From the NCBI GenBank assembly GCA_040905475.1, contig JBBDRM010000096.1, positions 4,318-68,317 on the forward strand: a stretch of DNA of 64,000 nucleotides, written 5' to 3'. This DNA comes from Actinomycetota bacterium. Its GTDB lineage: Bacteria; Actinomycetota; AC-67. The notes below the pieces were generated by a model that saw only the letters and a list, made by a program, of their open reading frames with translations, had not been told where the DNA came from and searched no databases. The translations under genes and the position numbers were made by a program. Position 1 is the first letter of the stretch. Every line of letters begins with the position of its first letter. Below, in pieces: positions 26,878 to 36,130 of the stretch.

Positions 26878-28338
26878 ATGAAGACGATGCCCGAAGTTCC
26901 CACCCAACAGCCCACGGCGCCACCGCCGCGGGATCCACGGCATGCCCACCGGGGGCTGAGCACCCTGTTCGGGGTGATGCTCATCCTGGTCGCCGTGCTC
27001 GCACTCATCACCGCGCTCATCGGGGGCGGCGACGTGCCGTCGAAGACCGACGCGGAGCTCAAGCTCACGCCGAAGGCCGAACTGCCGGTGATCGAGGCGC
27101 GGGAGGCGGTGAATTGGACCCATGCTCCAAACGTGCCGCCGCGGATCGATCGGAACGGGCAAGCACGGCTGGTGGTCAACTGGAGGGCGACCGAGTTCGT
27201 CGGCGACCTCGACGCGGCGAACAACGTCCGCTACTCGTACTGGGGCTTCGAGGGCTCAGTCCCCGGCCCGATCCTGCGGGCGCGGGTCGGAGACCTGGTC
27301 GAGGTCCATCTGACCAACGCCGCGGGCAACACCCATCCGCACAACATCGACTTCCATTTCGCAACGGGGCCCGGCGGCGGGGCGTCTGCGCTCAACGTCT
27401 CACCGGGTGAGACGGCAATCGTCGAGGTGCGCGCGCTGGCACCGGGGATCTACATGTACCACTGCGCCACGCCCGACATCCCCACCCATATCGCCAACGG
27501 CATGTACGGGTTCGTGATCGTCGAGCCCGAGGAAGGATTGCCGCCGGTCGATCACGAGCTGTACGTCGTGCAGTCCGAGTTCTACACCGCGCCCGGCGGC
27601 AAGGCGGCGCCCCTGACGCTGGATGTGAAGAAGCTCGACCTCGAGGAGCCCGACTACGTCGTGTTCAACGGCGCCACCGGCTCCCTGATGGGCGACAGCG
27701 CGCCACAGGTCAAGGTCGGGGATCGCGTTCGGATCTGGTTCGGGAACGCGGGGCCGCAGCTCATCTCTTCGTTCCACGTGATCGGCGAGATCTTCGACCG
27801 CGTGTACCGCGAGGGCGACCTCGTCTCGCCGCCCGCCCGGGGGGTGCAGACGACGCTCGTACCGGCCGGCGGTGCGACGGCGGTCGAGCTGACCGTCGAC
27901 GTCCCCGGCACCTACCTGCTCGTGGATCACGCGATCGCTCGCACGGTCCACAAGGGAGCCCTCGGCTCGATCATGGCGGAGGGCGCGGCGAACCCGGAGG
28001 TTTTCGCACCCGGCGCGGACAACCCGCCGCCGGCCGGCGATGACGGCCACGGCGGCGAACCCGCCGGGCAGCCCGTCACGATCACCCAGGGAGCCTGGGA
28101 TCAGGCCAACGCAGAGCACGCGTACGACCCCGCCGTGATCCGGGTCAAGGCCGGAACGACCGTTACCTGGACCAACGGCGACGAGGTCGCACACACCGTG
28201 ACGGCCGACGACGGAAGCTTCGATTCCGGGTTCCTGAACGCCGGCCAGTCCTGGAGTCACACGTTCACCGAGCCGGGAACCTACGCCTACCACTGCATCC
28301 CGCATCCCTGGATGAAGGGAACCGTTTTCGTCTCGTAG
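26878..28338 (+). CDS. nirK: copper-containing nitrite reductase with an N-terminal TM anchor and a C-terminal fused cupredoxin domain
   Basis: HPHNIDFH, YHCATPDIPTHIANGMYG, SSFHVIGE. The C-terminal 90 aa are plastocyanin-like (AHTVTADDGSFDSG...YHCIPHPWMKG). Confidence 0.9.
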   Translation: MKTMPEVPTQQPTAPPPRDPRHAHRGLSTLFGVMLILVAVLALITALIGGGDVPSKTDAELKLTPKAELPVIEAREAVNWTHAPNVPPRIDRNGQARLVVNWRATEFVGDLDAANNVRYSYWGFEGSVPGPILRARVGDLVEVHLTNAAGNTHPHNIDFHFATGPGGGASALNVSPGETAIVEVRALAPGIYMYHCATPDIPTHIANGMYGFVIVEPEEGLPPVDHELYVVQSEFYTAPGGKAAPLTLDVKKLDLEEPDYVVFNGATGSLMGDSAPQVKVGDRVRIWFGNAGPQLISSFHVIGEIFDRVYREGDLVSPPARGVQTTLVPAGGATAVELTVDVPGTYLLVDHAIARTVHKGALGSIMAEGAANPEVFAPGADNPPPAGDDGHGGEPAGQPVTITQGAWDQANAEHAYDPAVIRVKAGTTVTWTNGDEVAHTVTADDGSFDSGFLNAGQSWSHTFTEPGTYAYHCIPHPWMKGTVFVS

Positions 28339-28467
28339 CCGAGCGAGCCCCGGAAGGCAGGGCCCGGTGAGCAGCTCCGCTGGCCGGCTCACGGCCATCC
28401 GGCCCGGCGGCCCGGGGCCCGTCCGCTCTGGTGGCCGTGGCGCGCCGCCGGGTGAGATGAGGAAGGG

Positions 28468-29534
28468 ATGGAAGTCCAGACGATGTCGATGTTCTTCGCG
28501 CTCCTCACGGTGGTCGCGAACCTCGTCGTGCTGTCCGCGTCCGGGCTCTGGGTGTGGGGCAAGCTGACCGGGTACGGGAGCGAAGGAGCGGAAGGGCTGC
28601 GAGCGTGGATCGCCCCGCGGCCCTGCCGCTGGCCTGGGCGGTCGCTCTCGTCGCCACGACCGGGAGTCTCTACTACTCGGAGGTGGCGGGGTACGTCCCG
28701 TGCACGATCTGCTGGTACCAGCGCGTCGCGATGTACCCCATGGCGCTGGTGCTCTGCATCGCCTCTTTCCGCCGCGACTCGGCCATGCCCGGCTACAACG
28801 CGGCCGATGCGCTCGAAGCCTTGTCGCGGATCACGGAAGCCGCGATCGGCCCCGAGGCGGCCGCCACCGTCGACCAGCAGGTCGTCTGCGACCTGCCGGC
28901 GCGCGCGCTGGTCGAGGCGGCTGTGGGGAAGGAGCTGTTGGTTCTCGGCGCGCGTGGGCTGGGCGGGTTCCGCGGTCTGCTGGTCGGTTCAGTCAGCCAG
29001 CGCTGCCTCCGTCACAGCGCAACCCCGGTCGCCATCATCCGCAAGATCCCCGACGGACCGACCAACCGGGAAGAACGGGTCGTCGCCGCCGTCGACGGAT
29101 CGGACACGGCGAACAGAGCGCTGCGGTGGGCGCTCGAAGCGGCTCGAGTGCGAGGGGCTACCCTCGAGGTGGTCCATGCATGGCTTCCGCCATACATCGG
29201 CGGACTGGCGACCACTCCCTCTGAGAGCAGGCCGTACGAGCACGCTTCTCGGCAGGTCATCGACGCGGCGCTTGCCGCGGTCGACGCGGATACGTTCGAC
29301 GTTCCGATCAGGCCCATCTCGATCGAACGCTCGCCGGCGGGCGCGATCCTGGATGCTGCGGAGGGCGCGGATCTGGTGGTGATGGGCTCGCGCGGGCTCG
29401 GGGTGTTCAAGGGAGTGCTGATCGGATCAGTCGCGACGCAGGTGACGAACCACGCGACCTGTCCCGTGGTCGTCGTGCCCCCGAGCCGGCTCCAGATCGG
29501 CGAGGGCCCACGCAGACGGGCTGCACTCGAGTGA
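28468..29534 (+). pseudogene. chimeric/frameshifted ORF: DsbB/BdbC-like N-terminal half joined in frame to a truncated tandem universal stress protein
   Basis: Frame 1: [16 protein letters not shown]... Frameshift near 28609-28625. Then ...[39 protein letters not shown] stops resembling DsbB and continues as half a USP domain plus a full USP domain ([20 protein letters not shown]). Confidence 0.6.
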
Positions 29535-29625
29535 CGTTGGGAGCTGAGATGCGTGCGCTGCTCGGCTGAAAGCGGTTCACGGCAATCATTATCGTCGGCC
29601 GGCCAGCGCGGATTCAGAGTGGGAA

Positions 29626-30087
29626 TCACCTCTGTGTCGCGGCCGGCGGGACACCGAAGCTTCGACCGCTGACGAGGGCCGTCTCGATCCGCAGGAAGCG
29701 GTCGGCGGACCCGTCCCTGAACGCCCAGGCGCGCAGCGGTAGGGCGCGAGCCTCCGCCAACTCGGAGGGATCGGTGATCTCCGAGCCCTGTCCGCAGATG
29801 AGGACGCTCCATCCCCACGCTCCGGCGGGATCGTGGTCGTCGACCTCGAATGCCACTACCCGCTGGTGGATGGCAGCATCCAGTTTGGTCCCGGGAACGG
29901 TGCGGATGACGATCTGATCGCCTGCGAGGGCGAAGTTGACGGGCAGGATCGCGGGAAGGGCCTGGATGCTCACGCCGAGCCGGCCTACCGTAACCGTTGC
30001 CAGCAGTGCTAAGCACTGCTCGCGGGTGAGCTCCTCCAATCGCTCAACGGGAGATGCGGTCGGGGATGCCTCAAGGTCGTGCTTCAT
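29626..30087 (-). CDS. pyridoxamine 5'-phosphate oxidase-family (FMN/F420-binding split-barrel) protein
   Basis: LTREQCLALLATVTVGRLGV...PVNFAL...VIRT pattern. Confidence 0.75.
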   Translation of the reverse strand: MKHDLEASPTASPVERLEELTREQCLALLATVTVGRLGVSIQALPAILPVNFALAGDQIVIRTVPGTKLDAAIHQRVVAFEVDDHDPAGAWGWSVLICGQGSEITDPSELAEARALPLRAWAFRDGSADRFLRIETALVSGRSFGVPPAATQR

Positions 30088-30240
30088 CGCGTCAGGGTTG
30101 AGGGATCATGGACGACCGCCCAGGACCCGACCTCGCATCGGCCTTTGGGGTTCCGCTGGAAGGATCGTGGTCTCGTGATCGACTCTTGCCTCCCGGTCCC
30201 GTGCCGCCGCCAGCGTCCACGCCAAGGCGACAGGGCGGAT

Positions 30241-30256
30241 AGGGTCGCCCGGCCCT
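30241..30256. promoter_or_regulatory. DevR/DosR-type box candidate AGGGTCGCCCGGCCCT
   Basis: About 150 nt upstream of the PPOX-family gene start (30087). Confidence 0.35.
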
Positions 30257-30289
30257 ACCCGGAGGGGCCTATCGGCGCCGGGCGCCGGT

Positions 30290-30925
30290 TCACTCGTGGA
30301 CGGCGAGCGCCGCGACGAAGCCCGCCGCTGGGTCGTAGCCAGCGCGCGGCGCCTCTGCCTCGTACGCCGCGGGGCCGGGCGGCTGGTAGAGCGACGAGCG
30401 GATCGATACCAGACGAAATCCGGCACGCGCGAGCATCGACTGGATCTCCTCCTGCGCGAGGAAGTGCGCGTCGCGGAAGGAGGGGTCTCCCTCCGCCCCG
30501 CGGCGGGCATACCATCTAGCCCAAGGTCCCTCCCGCGGAAGCTCTCCGAGGACCAGGCCGCCGGACGCCACAAGGACGCGGTGTGCCTCGGCGAACACTC
30601 GCTCGGGGTCGCGGACGAAGCACAGCGTGAAGGCGATCAGGACGGCCCCGAATGTAGCGTCGGCGAACGGCAGGGTCTCGCCCGTGGCCTCCACCACGTT
30701 GACGCCGCGGCCCCGGGCGAGCAGGAGGGCATCGTGCGAAGGGTCGATCCCGAACTCGATGCCCAGCGCCTCGGCGAAACGCCCGGTTCCCACACCGATC
30801 TCGAGCCGGGGTCGCCGCAGCCCCTCGAACATCGGCTCGAGACAGGCCAGCTCAACGTGGAAGAGGGTCCGGCCTTTCGGACTGTCGTACCAGGCGTCGT
30901 AGTCCTGCACCGAATGCTCGTCCAT
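30290..30925 (-). CDS. class I SAM-dependent methyltransferase
   Basis: LEIGVGTGRFAE motif I, LVASGGLVLGE. Confidence 0.85.
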   Translation of the reverse strand: MDEHSVQDYDAWYDSPKGRTLFHVELACLEPMFEGLRRPRLEIGVGTGRFAEALGIEFGIDPSHDALLLARGRGVNVVEATGETLPFADATFGAVLIAFTLCFVRDPERVFAEAHRVLVASGGLVLGELPREGPWARWYARRGAEGDPSFRDAHFLAQEEIQSMLARAGFRLVSIRSSLYQPPGPAAYEAEAPRAGYDPAAGFVAALAVHE

Positions 30926-30968
30926 CAGCGCTTCCGCGATCCCGGTTCCGTGAGTGATCGCTGCTCCC

Positions 30969-31424
30969 TCACAGGCCGGGTTTCCAGACCATCAGGACCG
31001 CGACCGCGATCAGGAAGCTTCCCGCGACTGATCCCGCCGCGGCCTGGCGCGTCCACAGCGCACGGAGTCCCGGGTCACTCGGTTCGGTGCCGGCCGCGAG
31101 GACGCGGCGCGCTCGAGCGGAGCCCGGCGTGAGCACTGCCGCGACGAGGAGGATGGCGATCCCGTAGAGGATCAGTGCCGTCGCGAGCCACGCCTCGCCG
31201 AGGATGGAGCGACGGCCGAGCAGGATCAGGGCAATCCCGCTCGCGATCTGAAGGGCGATGAGCGGATACACGACGCGGACGCGCGCATGGGCGATCGCCT
31301 CGTAGACGACCGCCGCGGTCGCCCCGCTCTGCCTGCGCGCCCGGGGACCCATGATGCCGAAGGCGATCTCCGGTCCCACGCCGCCGATCGCGGCGAGGAC
31401 ATGCAGGACGAGCCAGACGCGCAT
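30969..31424 (-). CDS. DUF2269-like integral membrane protein
   Basis: Four TM helices. The cupredoxin/membrane-protein pairing is the same as at 3254-4427. Confidence 0.65.
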   Translation of the reverse strand: MRVWLVLHVLAAIGGVGPEIAFGIMGPRARRQSGATAAVVYEAIAHARVRVVYPLIALQIASGIALILLGRRSILGEAWLATALILYGIAILLVAAVLTPGSARARRVLAAGTEPSDPGLRALWTRQAAAGSVAGSFLIAVAVLMVWKPGL

Positions 31425-31440
31425 TGCTCGCAGCGGCGAC

Positions 31441-31917
31441 CTAGGTGACGGTGAACGCGGCCCGCATCCCCATCCTGTAGTGGGCTTCGGTCGCGCCGTG
31501 CTCCGTGTGCATGAGGTTGCAGATCAGCACGTACTTCCCCTCCGAGAGGTCGAACGTTTGGCTCTCGGTCTGTCCGACCGCGAACTCCTCGATCTCACCG
31601 ACGATCTGGATGCCGGCGCCCTCTTCGTCGACCGAGCCATCGTCCCTCACGGGAAGCGCGTCCGGCGCGAGATCGGTGCGGATCACGACGAGCTCGTGCT
31701 CGTCCTCGGGACCGGTGTTCTCCGCGCGGAAGGTGATCTGGCCGGCCGGCGAGGACGCCTGGGCCGGGAGCACGGCCCATTCCTGAAGGCGAACGTCCAC
31801 CGTCGTGCGCGCGCCTCCCGCTTCCTCGCCGCCGCCGCAGGCCGCGAGCAAAAGCACCGGCGCGGCAAACGCAGAGAGCACGACGGCCCAACGGCCCCGC
31901 ATCGCAGCCATGCGCAT
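31441..31917 (-). CDS. cupredoxin-like lipoprotein
   Basis: Lipobox LLLAACGG. HELVV ... ICNLMHTEHGATEAHYRMGM ligand-like pattern. Confidence 0.75.
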   Translation of the reverse strand: MRMAAMRGRWAVVLSAFAAPVLLLAACGGGEEAGGARTTVDVRLQEWAVLPAQASSPAGQITFRAENTGPEDEHELVVIRTDLAPDALPVRDDGSVDEEGAGIQIVGEIEEFAVGQTESQTFDLSEGKYVLICNLMHTEHGATEAHYRMGMRAAFTVT

Positions 31918-31941
31918 AGCTCGCCTCCTCCCTGATCGACC

Positions 31942-32328
31942 TTACTCGAGCCGGGCTCCGGGCTTCGTCAGCGCGTGCAGGAGGTCGCGTGCCGAGACCA
32001 TTCCTATCATCCGCCCCTTCTCGAAGACGGGGAGGTGCCTGGCTCCGAGCATCAGCATCATCGCCGCCGCCTCGGACACGTCGGTCTCGGGGGAGACCTT
32101 CACGACGCCCTCCGTCATGTAGTCGCGAACCTCGGTCATCACGGGATCCGCGCCCTCGGCGATCGCGCGCGCGAGGTCCCGCTCGGTCACGATTCCGGTC
32201 AGGTGGTTCCTCTCGAAGACGGCGAGCGAGCTGAGCTCGTGATCGTGCATGCGGATCGCGGCGGACTTCAGGGTCTCCCCGGTTTCCGCCGCCATGATCC
32301 CCGGTTCGTAGATGCTGCTGACCTTCAT
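31942..32328 (-). CDS. CBS-pair domain protein
   Basis: Two CBS repeats (LTGIVTERDLARA, MIGMVSARDLLHA). Confidence 0.85.
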   Translation of the reverse strand: MKVSSIYEPGIMAAETGETLKSAAIRMHDHELSSLAVFERNHLTGIVTERDLARAIAEGADPVMTEVRDYMTEGVVKVSPETDVSEAAAMMLMLGARHLPVFEKGRMIGMVSARDLLHALTKPGARLE

Positions 32329-32663
32329 CGCTTCGCCCCCTTGGACGGTCGCCGCGCGCGCGGCGCCGCGCGCCGGCCCGTGCCTCGTCCGGCGGGCTGC
32401 AGGCTGTTCATCCGTGAGCCGCGCCGGGTGCGGCTCGGCGACGGTTGGGTCTCGCGAGGGAACCGCGCGACGTATTCGTGCTCCAGCTCGAGCATCCGGT
32501 CGGTGTGCGCGCGGATGGCGTGGGAACCGCCGTGGAGGATCGTCTCCTCGCGTGTGCGCCAGAGCCGACGCGACTCACGCTCGAAATCGCGATCGCTCAG
32601 CTTCGCCGCGGGCACGCCGAGCTTGCCGCCTCTCGGGGCCGCGGCTCCTTTCGATCCGCTCAT
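32325..32663 (-). CDS. conserved hypothetical protein (actinobacterial DUF6158-like)
   Basis: LSDRDFERESRRLWRTREETILHGGSHAIRAHTDRMLELEHEY. ATGA coupling at both ends. Confidence 0.5.
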   Translation of the reverse strand: MSGSKGAAAPRGGKLGVPAAKLSDRDFERESRRLWRTREETILHGGSHAIRAHTDRMLELEHEYVARFPRETQPSPSRTRRGSRMNSLQPAGRGTGRRAAPRARRPSKGAKR

Positions 32664-32917
32664 GACCGCCGCTCCGTGTGCGTCGTGCGCATACGGCACG
32701 TCCCGCGGCTCCAGGGGATGCCCGCTTCGAGCAGGCGGCAGGCGCCGGCGGCTGGATCGTAGTAGAAGCACTGCTCGTCACCACACTCGGGTTCGAGCAG
32801 GATCACGGCGTGGAGTCGGCTCGGACCGACCCCATCCGACTCGATCAGCCGCTGCCAGGCGTCCATATATGGATCCGCAGGCTGCGGCTTGCGTATGAGC
32901 AACGGCGCGTCGGCCAC
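32660..32917 (-). CDS. small Cys-rich protein (paralog of 43082-43378)
   Basis: AAGGAGG 6 nt before GTG 32917. Motif LLEPECGDEQCFYYDPAAGAC. Confidence 0.5.
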   Translation of the reverse strand: MADAPLLIRKPQPADPYMDAWQRLIESDGVGPSRLHAVILLEPECGDEQCFYYDPAAGACRLLEAGIPWSRGTCRMRTTHTERRS

Positions 32918-32989
32918 GGTGGCCTCCTTCACAGGGTCAGCGTTCCATCGCGAGGGGGAACCGGGCAGAGGCTTCAGGCCCCCGGACCG

Positions 32990-33006
32990 AGGGTCTCCCG
33001 GGCCCT
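32990..33006. promoter_or_regulatory. DevR/DosR-type box candidate AGGGTCTCCCGGGCCCT (17 nt)
   Basis: In the divergent gap between 32917 (-) and the USP gene at 33064 (+). Confidence 0.4.
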
Positions 33007-33063
33007 GCGTCGGGCGGCTGCCCCTGCCATGCTCGTGCCGAGGACCCTTTCGAGGGGGTTGAG

Positions 33064-33507
33064 ATGGCCGCGAACCGGATCGTGATCGGCCTGGACGGAT
33101 CGGAGGGATCGGCTCGCGCAGTCCGGTGGTGCGTGGAGCTTGCGCGCGACCTCGGTTCGGCGATCGTAGCCGTTCACGTCTTCTCTGTTCCGGTCTATGA
33201 GGCGGTACCGGCAGGTTTCCCGGTCGCGCCCCTGGATGACGAGACGATCCGCAAGGAGCTCGCCGAGACGCTCGAGCGAGAATGGTGCGCGCCCATCCGC
33301 GATGCCTCGATCCCGTTCCGCAGCGCGGTCGAGGGCGGGCATCCGGCAACGGTCCTCATGGAGGTCGCCGAGCGGGAGGACGCGCGCATGATCGTCGTGG
33401 GCAGCCGGGGGATGGGCGGATTCAAGGAGTTGCTGCTGGGAAGCGTGAGTCACCAGCTCGCACACCACGCGCGCCGCCCACTCGTCATCGTGCCCCCTCC
33501 AACCTAG
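33064..33507 (+). CDS. universal stress protein (UspA family)
   Basis: IVIGLDGSEGS ... VVGSRGMGGFKELLLGSVSHQLAHHARRPLVIVP. Confidence 0.9.
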   Translation: MAANRIVIGLDGSEGSARAVRWCVELARDLGSAIVAVHVFSVPVYEAVPAGFPVAPLDDETIRKELAETLEREWCAPIRDASIPFRSAVEGGHPATVLMEVAEREDARMIVVGSRGMGGFKELLLGSVSHQLAHHARRPLVIVPPPT

Positions 33508-33764
33508 TCACAGCTATGAAAGGACCGTGATGAGACTGGCGCGCTTCCTGCACGGCACGTCGGGTACATGCACACCCGGTTGTCGCTCTGGAGGAGGCGG
33601 AGGACGGAGGCATCGCCGGCTTCTTCGACGTCGCGCCGCTGGAAGCGCTCGAGCCGTCCGGACCCCTCCCGAAGGGCGTGTCCTACAGCGGATTGGAGTG
33701 CGTTCGCCAGGATGGACGCTGGCGCTGCCGGGTGCTCATCGACGTCTGAAGGGTTTCGCATCAC
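33504..33764 (-). CDS. hypothetical protein
   Basis: 86-aa ORF, TGATG-coupled to the upstream membrane gene. Codon bias is weaker than in its neighbours. Confidence 0.3.
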   Translation of the reverse strand: MMRNPSDVDEHPAAPASILANALQSAVGHALREGSGRLERFQRRDVEEAGDASVLRLLQSDNRVCMYPTCRAGSAPVSSRSFHSCD

Positions 33765-34789
33765 GACACCTTACGGAGCGTCGGCTTCTCCGTCCGTTCC
33801 TCCGGCGGGCTCCTCTTCGCGTACCCCATCAGCCGTGCCGTCACGACGGCGACGGCGAGGATGGCGACGCCGGTGAGCGCCAGCGCGGTCGGCACCCCGA
33901 GTGCTTCTCCGAAGTAGCGGACGACCCCGCCGGTCACGTAGGCGAACAGCCCGACGGCTCCGATCGCCAGCCCGGGCGGGAAGCGCAGACCGACGGCGAG
34001 CGCCATGATGCTCCCGGCCGTGACGAGTCCGAGCCCGTAGACGCCGCCGTCCTGCTCGATCGCCGTCGGCGCGATGAGCGCAGTGATCGTGCCGAGCGGC
34101 ACGCCGGCCCACCAGGGCTCGAGCAGGCGGCGCCAGCCGCCGATCGCCCATCCGGCGCCATAGACCCACCACGCGAGAGCGAACGTCCAACCCGGCGGCT
34201 CTTGCGAGGTCCACGCCACCGACGAGCTGACGAGGACGAGGCCGGCCGCGAAGAGCGCGAGATGCTGGAGTGCGCCCCGGTTGAACCGCCAGAGGATGGT
34301 CGCATACACGGTCGCCGCGAACGCGGCCGCCGTCACGACCGCTCGCTCCTCGAGATCGTAGGTCCAGGTCGCGATCAGCGCAGCGGTGACGCCCACGCCG
34401 ACCGTCGAGACGAGCCAGACGACCGAGGTGAGGCGGCGGAACGCTGGCTCGCCGGACCGGCGTGCGGCGACGCCGGCGACGAGGAACCCGACGGCTGCTG
34501 CCCCGATCACCCCGATGCGAAAGGTCTCGCTCATCTCGTCCCATCGCTGCCCGATCGCAGCGCCGCCTCCGGCCAGCACGAGGATCGCCCCGATGTACCC
34601 GATCGCCTCTGCGAGCAGAGAGATGCGCCGGGGTTGAACGTCGGCGCTGGGGTTCGTGGCCGCCCTGTTCGCTCCAGAGCGCCGCACCCACAGGAAGACT
34701 CCCGCGATCAGTCCCCCGACGATCACAACCGGAATCAGTGCGGTCAGGAACCTCACGTCGTCCACCTCCCGCTCGCATCCTGGCCTCAC
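33761..34789 (-). CDS. polytopic membrane protein (DUF2157-like)
   Basis: 342-aa ORF with about 10 hydrophobic segments. The antisense 441-aa ORF is Arg-rich noise. Confidence 0.7.
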   Translation of the reverse strand: MRPGCEREVDDVRFLTALIPVVIVGGLIAGVFLWVRRSGANRAATNPSADVQPRRISLLAEAIGYIGAILVLAGGGAAIGQRWDEMSETFRIGVIGAAAVGFLVAGVAARRSGEPAFRRLTSVVWLVSTVGVGVTAALIATWTYDLEERAVVTAAAFAATVYATILWRFNRGALQHLALFAAGLVLVSSSVAWTSQEPPGWTFALAWWVYGAGWAIGGWRRLLEPWWAGVPLGTITALIAPTAIEQDGGVYGLGLVTAGSIMALAVGLRFPPGLAIGAVGLFAYVTGGVVRYFGEALGVPTALALTGVAILAVAVVTARLMGYAKRSPPEERTEKPTLRKVS

Positions 34790-34804
34790 CGGCGACCCGG
34801 AGCC

Positions 34805-34821
34805 AGGGCCGGATGCCCCCT
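34805..34821. promoter_or_regulatory. weak DevR/DosR-type box candidate AGGGCCGGATGCCCCCT
   Basis: In the divergent gap 34790-34966. The adjacent perfect palindrome CCCTGC-TC-GCAGGG is also present. Confidence 0.25.
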
Positions 34822-34966
34822 GCTCGCAGGGTCACGAGGCAGGCGCGGATGACGGAGCAGTCCGCGTCGATGGAGCCCGCAAAGGTCCCTGCGTCTCGGG
34901 GCCGCCCGACCCTCCCCCGGGCGGGGCTCGGCGCGGAGCATGTGTGTAGACGCCGGGGGTTACGCC

Positions 34967-36121
34967 ATGCTGACGCAGGAGACGGTCGATCGCATCCGCC
35001 GCTTCAGGGGGAACTCGTTCCCCGTCCTGTCGGTGTACCTGAACCTCGGTCCCGACATCCGGGAATCTCGATCGGTGGGTGCCCGGCTGCGGGACATGCT
35101 CAGGCCCATCCGCGCCGCGACGGAATCGCTCGACCATCGGGCAGCGACTTCGCTCCGCAGGGACGTCGAGGCGGTCCTCGATCTCGAGAAGCGGATCGCG
35201 AAGGAGGTCGGCCACGGAGTGGCCGTCTTCTCATGCGCGGGTGTGGACTTCCTCGAATACCTGAGCCTGCCGCGCAAGCTGTGGGACGTCGCGATCGCAG
35301 ACGCGAAGCCGTACATCCGGCCGCTCGACGCTCTCCTCGACGAGTTCCATCGGTACTGCGCGGTGATCGTGGATCGCCGGCGCGCGCGGATCTTCGAGTT
35401 CTACATGGGCGAGCTCGAAGCGTGGCATGAGACGGTGCAAGAGGGGAGGCGCATCAGCAATTTCGGTGGCTGGTACGGCCTTGCCGAGTATGGCGTCCGC
35501 CGCCACGCGGAGGAGGTCGCCCACCGCCATTACCGCGAGACCGCCACGGTCGTCGGCGAGCTGTTCGAGGAGCGCCGCTTCGACATGCTCATGCTCGGGG
35601 GCCACAAGGGGAGCGTGGAAGAGTTCTTGCCCTTCCTTCCCGCCTGGCTCGCCAAGCTCGTCGCGGGGACCTTCGTCTTGGACCCGCATACCGCAACTCC
35701 AGCCATCATCAGGGAACGCTGCACCAAGCTCGAAGAAGCCTACGAGCGATCGCTCGAACGCCAGGCCGTCGCCGAGCTGTTCGGTCGCGCGCGCCGTGCG
35801 CGGCTCGGAGTCGTCGGCCTCGGCCGCACCCTGGCCGCATCCAACGCCCGGGCGGTGGACGTTCTTCTCGCGGACGACGGCGCCACCGCTTCCGGCGTGG
35901 AGTGCGACGCGTGCGGGTGGCTCAGCCTCACCGGAGAGACTTGCCCGATCTGCGGCGCCGTCACACGCGCGAGCGCGGACGTCATAGACCAGATCGCCCG
36001 GCGGGTCATCGAAAACGGCGGCACCGTGGAGCACGTCTTCGCCGAGACGCCGCTGCGCGGCCATGTCGTGGGAGCGTTGCTGCGCTTCCCGATCCCGGAT
36101 CCAACCGGCAAGAAGCGATAG
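34967..36121 (+). CDS. bacterial archaeo-eukaryotic release factor-like (aeRF1-like, Rv2629-type) protein with a CxxC...CxxC zinc ribbon
   Basis: About 385 aa. Pattern FPVLSVYL..., AVFSCAG..., RRARIFEF..., LLGGHK.... Insert ECDACGWLSLTGETCPICG. Call made from memory of the family, not searched. Confidence 0.6.
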   Translation: MLTQETVDRIRRFRGNSFPVLSVYLNLGPDIRESRSVGARLRDMLRPIRAATESLDHRAATSLRRDVEAVLDLEKRIAKEVGHGVAVFSCAGVDFLEYLSLPRKLWDVAIADAKPYIRPLDALLDEFHRYCAVIVDRRRARIFEFYMGELEAWHETVQEGRRISNFGGWYGLAEYGVRRHAEEVAHRHYRETATVVGELFEERRFDMLMLGGHKGSVEEFLPFLPAWLAKLVAGTFVLDPHTATPAIIRERCTKLEEAYERSLERQAVAELFGRARRARLGVVGLGRTLAASNARAVDVLLADDGATASGVECDACGWLSLTGETCPICGAVTRASADVIDQIARRVIENGGTVEHVFAETPLRGHVVGALLRFPIPDPTGKKR

Positions 36122-36130
36122 GAGGCTGCC

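Noticed and set aside
33527-34852. 441-aa plus-strand ORF and a 354-aa minus-strand ORF in an alternative frame.
   Set aside because: Both are Arg/Gly/Asp-rich overprints of the hydrophobic 342-aa membrane protein gene.
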